DNA of 58,532 bases, the filler included, from Platydemus manokwari (taxonomy: Eukaryota): the NCBI GenBank assembly GCA_037951405.1. It is 6 parts of 6 records of this genome, joined end to end, with 100 filler letters (N's around TTAATTAATTAA, not from the genome) between each part and the next. Parts side by side here need not be neighbours in the genome. Positions count along the whole stretch, not along the records: positions 49,192 to 58,532 come from JBBMOY011261985.1; 5 more parts are not named here. One strand, 5' to 3'. Below are positions 52,050 to 58,532 of the stretch, one piece after another (position 1 is the stretch's first letter; the number at the start of each line of letters is the position of its first letter). The notes beneath the pieces are model-generated. The model was not told the DNA's origin. It worked only from the letters and a program-made list of their open reading frames with translations, and ran no database searches. A program made the position numbers and the translations under genes.

Positions 52050-54560
52050 ATCTTATGAGGTCTTTTGAGTTTGTTTTTAATAATAATAGCATCGTTTGAG
52101 TAAAAAAGAATCCTTATCTGATTGCTGATCAATTTTTACATTTCTGTGTGATACATAGTACTCCTATTGTCTGATGTAATTACCATCGTACATTTGGTCT
52201 TCTAAACAATGTTTTATGCTTCATCGATTCAAACCAAAGAATAAATTCAAATGCTAGCCTGTGTACTTATGTATTGGGTAACATTAAATAATATTTTAAA
52301 GCGGTTTTAATTTTTAAAATAAGGAAACTTTTTTGTGGTTTTATTTATCACTGACAGTTCTTTCAGGAACAATGATATTATTATTTTTAATAGAAATACT
52401 ATTTGGAATTATTCGTTAATCAGCGGTAAATGTAAGTTTTAAGGAAAATTATTATCAAAGCCAAAAGTATTTTACAACTGTCTACTGCTGTTGCATTTCT
52501 TTTTTAAAATTTCTTTTAAAATTCTTTCGGTAAATATCTTTTCTGAAATCATCTCCATTATGATAGATTCAGTCATTATCAGATTAGATTGAATTGTGAT
52601 TGTAAAATCGATTGTAAAAACTCATATTTCTTTTGATTTGTCGGAATTCTATAAGTGTTAACTGTGTCGGTTTAAATATTATGTTTGAAATGATGATCAT
52701 TTTTATCATATTTTGAAATAATTAAAACAAGCTGAACTATTATTTGTCATTAATGAAAATAATTATAATATTTGTCAGCTGACTACGTCATATCTTCTCG
52801 CAGCGTGAAATCAATATTCCACCAAAGTGATATTCATTGTACGACAATTCAACCGGAATTCGATGAGGTAATCTTGGCATTATTTCCATTTTTAAATCAA
52901 TGATGAAATAGAATTAATTGATTTTCTTCCAGCACGAGTCGCCCCATTCAAGCACACTCGAAGAGCGTCATTGTGTTTTGAATTGTGGTCCCGATGAAAC
53001 CTGTAATCAGACGACATGTTGTCCAACTAATAATGCAACTCCACTAGATAATACTACTGCAGGTGATACTCCAAGTCCAATCGCTTCAGTTTGAGCTTTA
53101 AAATGATATAGACAAACTAGAACTTCATTTTTATTTGATGAATTCGCAGTATATATTGACAGTATATATTCAAAACTAATTCACTAATAATTGTTTGTGA
53201 TATTTTTCAAATTATTATTTTCCTTCTGTTGATATTTGTCAGCAATATGAAACAAAATATAAATCATTTGACAACGGGATTATTGATTTAAAATTTATTT
53301 TTATTAATAATTCTCGATATATTACGGGAGTCCAATTTGATTGATAGTTTTAATAATACTTGGTGTTTGCTTGGAAAATCTTCTGAAATGGATTGAAGAT
53401 ATGAATAAATTATGGGTATATAACTGAAATATCGATTGGTTTTGAAATATCGGTCTATTTCGTTCGTGTGCTTATAATTTTCATACATCTGTAAAGTCTA
53501 TTTTTATCAGGTTAAAACTGGAAATATTAGACAGATGTTGTGGAAGCAGAGCTAGCTGATTGTACAAAATAAGGAAATTATTCCAAGCAAATTAATTAAT
53601 TAAAAATTGAATTTGGGTGCTTAAGTGTTTTAAACAATCTCCTTAATTCTCTTAGAATATGGACAGCTATGGTTCGTGGTTTGGTTTACCTTGTATGATC
53701 TGACCTCAAAGATCAAATATTGGTCGCTCTTATTGTAGAAAAAATGATATAATATAATATAATAATATAATATAATGATATAATATATTAACAACAATTA
53801 ATAATAATGGATATAAACTAAATATTTTTGTGTAATGTGTTTATTTTCCTATTCTATATGAAAAACAGAATCGGCGATGTGCTAATTCACTCAATCGATC
53901 AAGAAAATATTGACGATACAGTGGTTATCTGTACAATCAACCAAACTTATGTACATTGAAGGAAGCAAAACAAACATTGAAGTTAGTATGAGAAAATACT
54001 GAACTTCATGATTGCGGTATTAGTTAAAATAAAGACAAAGTTTCTTGTTGTAATGGTCCACTAAGCCGCTATTAAAAATTATGGATAAAATTTATGCTTG
54101 GATTATTTTTGTAATGAAGAGTTATGGCTGGAACAAATTGGAAGTTAAAAATTATGACTGATGGGAACTGTAGCTAATGGAAATTTCATTTAGAAATTAT
54201 GTCTTTGAATTAACATCTGAGAATTATCGCTGCTGAAATTTGTGATGTTTCTTACCGATTGTGTTTCTTATTTATATTTTCATTTTCTATGCGTGTACGT
54301 GGGATGACTAGTATTTCCCGTCCACGCTTTAATGGCTCATATCAGGCAGCCTTAATCCTCTCAATGATGATTTGTGGAAAAACTGTACTTGGCCCCCCAG
54401 GCAAAAGCATAAAGGAATTTGTTAGAAATATTCTGCTTTGATATTTTTTTGTTAATCATGGGGCATATGGTATCTCAGGTTTGGTGAATGAAGATTAATA
54501 TCTTTTTCCAATAAACACATGAATCTGCTAGCAACATTTTTCTACTACAGATGCTATTTC
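52050..54560 (-). pseudogene. Possible decayed multi-NHR (neuralized homology repeat) gene fragments
   Basis: Scattered minus-strand peptides ILFHH*.KNGNNAKITS, YNEYHFGGILISR, IGLGVSP, VITSDNRS and NISNKFLYAF resemble NHR segments. Many stops. Weak. Confidence 0.22.
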
Positions 54561-56899
54561 GGTAGTCTGCTGTTCATCGAGATTTTCAAACGTGATATTA
54601 ATAATTACAACATTTCCTATTTTGATCATTTTAATCAAATTTTGATTTCTTTTTCTTTTCCAGTTATTTTTAAATAAAATTTTGAAGAAAATAAATTTTT
54701 ATACAACTATATCGTGACTGTTTCGAAGAACCGTTTACATCAAACAAAATTAAAATGTAGTCTCAAATCAGTAGAATCAGCATTGATTATTGTCAAAGGT
54801 GACTAACTATAAACCATATAATATATTTTATTAATGTTATTATCTTTAAGATTTTCTCATAAATATAATCAACCAATTTCGTATTAAATTTGTCGATGTG
54901 AAAAGAGCTTATTGTCACCGATTATCAACTAAATGAATTCAAAATAAATAATGAGATATATGAGTAGTAATAATTATAATTTCAGAAAAATACAATGTGA
55001 ATGAAAGAACATATGAAACGGCTTAAGTGAACAACAAACAATAATTGATTGATCATTAAAGACTACAATGGTCCGGAATAATTTAGCTTTTTTTTCAAAT
55101 AACTTAATCAACACAATTACAATTACCACTCAAATGTCTAACAGGTGAAATTGGGGAATGAATTCTTCACAATACCGCAAAACCAAATTTTAAATGAACA
55201 AAACCGTTTCAAAAGTCAATTTAAAAACACAAATAACTGAATTTCAGTAATAATTGATTCGTCAATGTTTTACAATGAAATGGAAAGCTAAACTATTAAT
55301 TGAACGCAGATCTGTTGACTCCTAAAATTTACTTTTTGTTGCATTTGATAACCCAATCTAATAGTGTTGTTGATTCCGGTATGTTTGTGTGATAATTAAA
55401 TCATGTTCTTGATCTTACCGGCAATATTTTCCTGTATTTCACTTTATTTTTTAACATTTTTAATTACATACACCTATTATCCATAGTTAGTCATGCGGCT
55501 GCCATGGATTTCATCATAAGCAATGATATACAATTTATTGTGAACGTTAAAAAATCCTTTTATTAAACCGATTTTAGAAAGTCGGAAGTTATAATTTAAA
55601 ATATGGATTTTATTAAAATAAAATCTCAAAAATTAAACACTAAACTGATAATTTTCACATCATTACGGTTTAAAAATGTAAATTTATATGATAGAATGAG
55701 CATAAACTTTACATCACTTTACATGATAATTTTTTTAAGTATTTTAAACAATTTCGAAAACAATTATTAACTGTTAATATTACCAAATGTTCTTCTTCTA
55801 TTGTTTTTGATGCTTTTCTCAATCACTTAATGTTTCTAGGCTTGGAGTGTTGTGTAAAACCAGATGTACTTGGTGAGGATTTAGAAGTTTATGTTTGTCT
55901 TGTGTGGTTCTTTCTCCAATAATATTTTATTACTGACATAATAAAATTAGGCTTTCTCTTTTCAGTTTAATACTGTTGGGTTATATAATATATGATATAA
56001 TTTATTATGATTATTTATAATTATATATACTATAATTTATCCATCGTATTATATTATTATTTTGTTCTATTATTTTCCCAACAATAACCACTGATTCAAG
56101 CTGCTTTCTTTATGGTCAGATCAAGTCATGCATATAAATTCGTTTGCTAAACAAAATCTCGAATGGAAAATGTTGATTGAAGCTGTAATATGTTTTATTA
56201 ACAATAAACTATATTCGATGTATGATTTTATCCCAAGGTCATTTTCCTTATGCAAGCGTTGTTACTATACTTTAAGTTACCTATTTGCCTACTGTTACTA
56301 TAGTGAGGTGTATTCTTGATTTATTCTAAAAAGTATAGTCAATCATTTCATATATTTTCAACGATAAGCAGTAATTTATGTGCCATATGTATATATTCTA
56401 CAGGTGACGATAGGATTGAATATAATGAGATGCACTGAAACTTCTTTAATTTAACCAATGTATACCTTCCATTTAAACAAATATAACATTTCTGACCCAA
56501 TGTGAGATAAATTTCTTACTATAAATGTGTTGGGATCCCCACTCAAAAAATACATGTGCATAATAATAAAATATATATACACAAGTAGCACGCCACGATA
56601 CAAAATAAAGCCTTTGACAATGGACGCACCAATCTAGCCGAAAATCGAATCCCAATCTTCAACCGAATCCTAACCCTCAATCCAATCCAGCATTGATTTG
56701 ATATTCACATCATTGACTTGGTATTTACATCACTGATATTGTTCTAGTATTTTATATTACTTTGTTGTTGGTATTTGTAAAAGAATTATTTTTGTGAATA
56801 ATCTTTATAAACTATTATGATGTTGACTTTTATTAATTTATATAATTGTTGGGGTTGATAAGGTTTATTATTTTATTATCCTTACTTTTTACATTATTT

Positions 56900-57055
56900 T
56901 TATCATTTATATTATTATTATCATTATTGTTATTACTATTCTGATTATTATTATTATTATCGTTTATGTTGTTATTTTATCATTATTATTATAATTATCA
57001 CTGTTCTTATCATTATTATTATTACTATTCTAATAATAATTATTATTATATTATA
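56900..57055. repeat. (ATT)n low-complexity tract
   Basis: Imperfect ATT/ATC run. Confidence 0.8.
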
Positions 57056-58125
57056 AGTCGGAATATTAATAAATCATAAATATTATTCTAATCCAATGCA
57101 TTCTATTGCATCGCACCTGGGCTAATCAGTTGGTATTCTGGTTTTGTTTATTGATTTTTTAAGAAATATTTCTCCTATTAATATTCCAGGCATATTTTAT
57201 TAAAGTGACTTAGAAAGATATTTGTATGAAAACTTGTCAAATGAATAAGATGCAAATATTAATAGCTTGGATAACCATATTATTCGTAAAGATAAATTCA
57301 TTTTTGAAAACTTTAGAAAAGAAATCAATAATATTTTTAAATTTATTTATTTAGGAGTCATAGCCGCTATTCATAACCGTATTATCAATATCTGTATAGA
57401 TTTGTAAGGTTTATAATAAGAGTAAATTACAAAGAATATATTTCTGATATACCAATATTTTGCAGTTAATGGCTTGCTCAAATTATTTTTTTATTTTCTG
57501 AGTTTATCTTAAAATTAATTGGATAGAAATAATATATTAAAATTGAATATTCTTTTAATATTAAATATTTTTACTATTGATATTACTTCTTTAACATTTT
57601 ATATTAACTTAAGAGTTATTAATAAAAATTAGAAATACTTTTTCATAAAAATTGGTAATTTTTTACATGTTTGGCAAATTTTATTGAATTGAAGAGCTAT
57701 CGTGTCGATATCGAAAATATTTTACTAAACATATTTCGCTATAATAAGTTATGCGATATTGATATGATAATATCTTGTATTTCAATAATAATTTTCGTTA
57801 GCGCATCAAAGGACGTTATACATCTTTTTCTTGGGTATTTTTCAAGGAATTTGTTTAATTTGTTTAAAATAAAATTAAATATTGTTAACCTTTTATTGAA
57901 TACTAATATTACGTTCATAATATATATAGATATATGTGTGTGGGTGTGCGTGCGCATGTGTGTGTTTATTATAATTTTGCACAAAAATTTTGAATTCGTT
58001 TATTCTTCTTTATGATTTTTTAATATAAATGAATGTGAATAAATGAAGGATGAATATATAATAATTTCTTTAATAATAATTTACATCTAACTATCTCTGC
58101 TATTATTAGAATATTTGACTTTTAG

Positions 58126-58532
58126 AATGGAAAAAAATTATCAGAATGTTATGAGAGTTTTTATGATTCTGATTCGAATCGAGTGAATTGCAAACCAGAT
58201 GAAAATGTGGTTATCGAAGCTTTATATCGTTTTGTTTTATATTTTTTACTCATTCAAAGAGAGGAAAAACGAAATAAATTGAAAACAGTAAATATGAATG
58301 TTTTCCATATTTTCATCTTTTCTATTTATTGAAATAGATCAATATAAATGATGGATTTGGGGATTTGAAATGTTTTATTTGTGATTCTGTGGTTGAAGCT
58401 GATCAAATGGAGTGTCCGGTTTGTTGTGTATCAGTTGATTCGATTATTAAGAATATGAAAAAGTTGAATTGTGTTGATAATGATCAAGAAAGAAAAGAAT
58501 TCGATAAAGATATTTCCTTGATAAATATGACC
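58126..58532 (+). CDS. Partial spliced gene with a C4 zinc-ribbon motif, truncated by the window end
   Basis: Acceptors end at 58125 and 58337. The frame from 58338 is open to the end: LKCFICDSVVEADQMECPVC (CxxC-x10-CxxC). Confidence 0.45.

Noticed and set aside
57090-57135. Possible Helitron 3' hairpin
   Set aside because: The hairpin is poor and the terminus reads TTGGT rather than CTRR. No 5' end was identified.

Overview
AT-rich eukaryotic (invertebrate animal) genomic DNA with 40-50 nt minimal introns plus a few kb-sized introns. This is compatible with a flatworm such as a planarian, but the taxon cannot be proven from the window. The window is six ~9-10.5 kb pieces joined by an artificial 100-bp N44-TTAATTAATTAA-N44 linker, so adjacency across gaps is not biological evidence. 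Intact host genes: MYG1 (6 exons), a WDR97-like WD40 gene with an upstream RFX X-box, a stem-loop histone H4 and ZMAT2/SNU23. Partial genes: the first exon of a DEG/ENaC channel, a PAN/apple-domain exon, a TONSL-like terminal exon and a zinc-ribbon gene cut by the window end. The rest is mostly decayed mobile DNA: two Ty3/gypsy relics, mariner/Tc1 relics, hAT and pogo-type MITEs, an REL-type non-LTR relic and a Polinton/Maverick-type packaging ATPase relic, plus several probable decayed host-gene fragments. The most unexplained signals are (i) a dispersed family of short-ORF elements sharing a W-x-[VI]-D-[LI]-D motif (four copies), (ii) a GC-richer TONSL-like exon near the Polinton ATPase relic, (iii) a direct-repeat-flanked, channel-like cargo in the WDR97 intron, (iv) a hairpin with 74-bp arms, and (v) a CUUU-loop histone stem-loop without an evident downstream element. 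No complete novel multi-gene system can be demonstrated. All family assignments are by eye, with no database searches.
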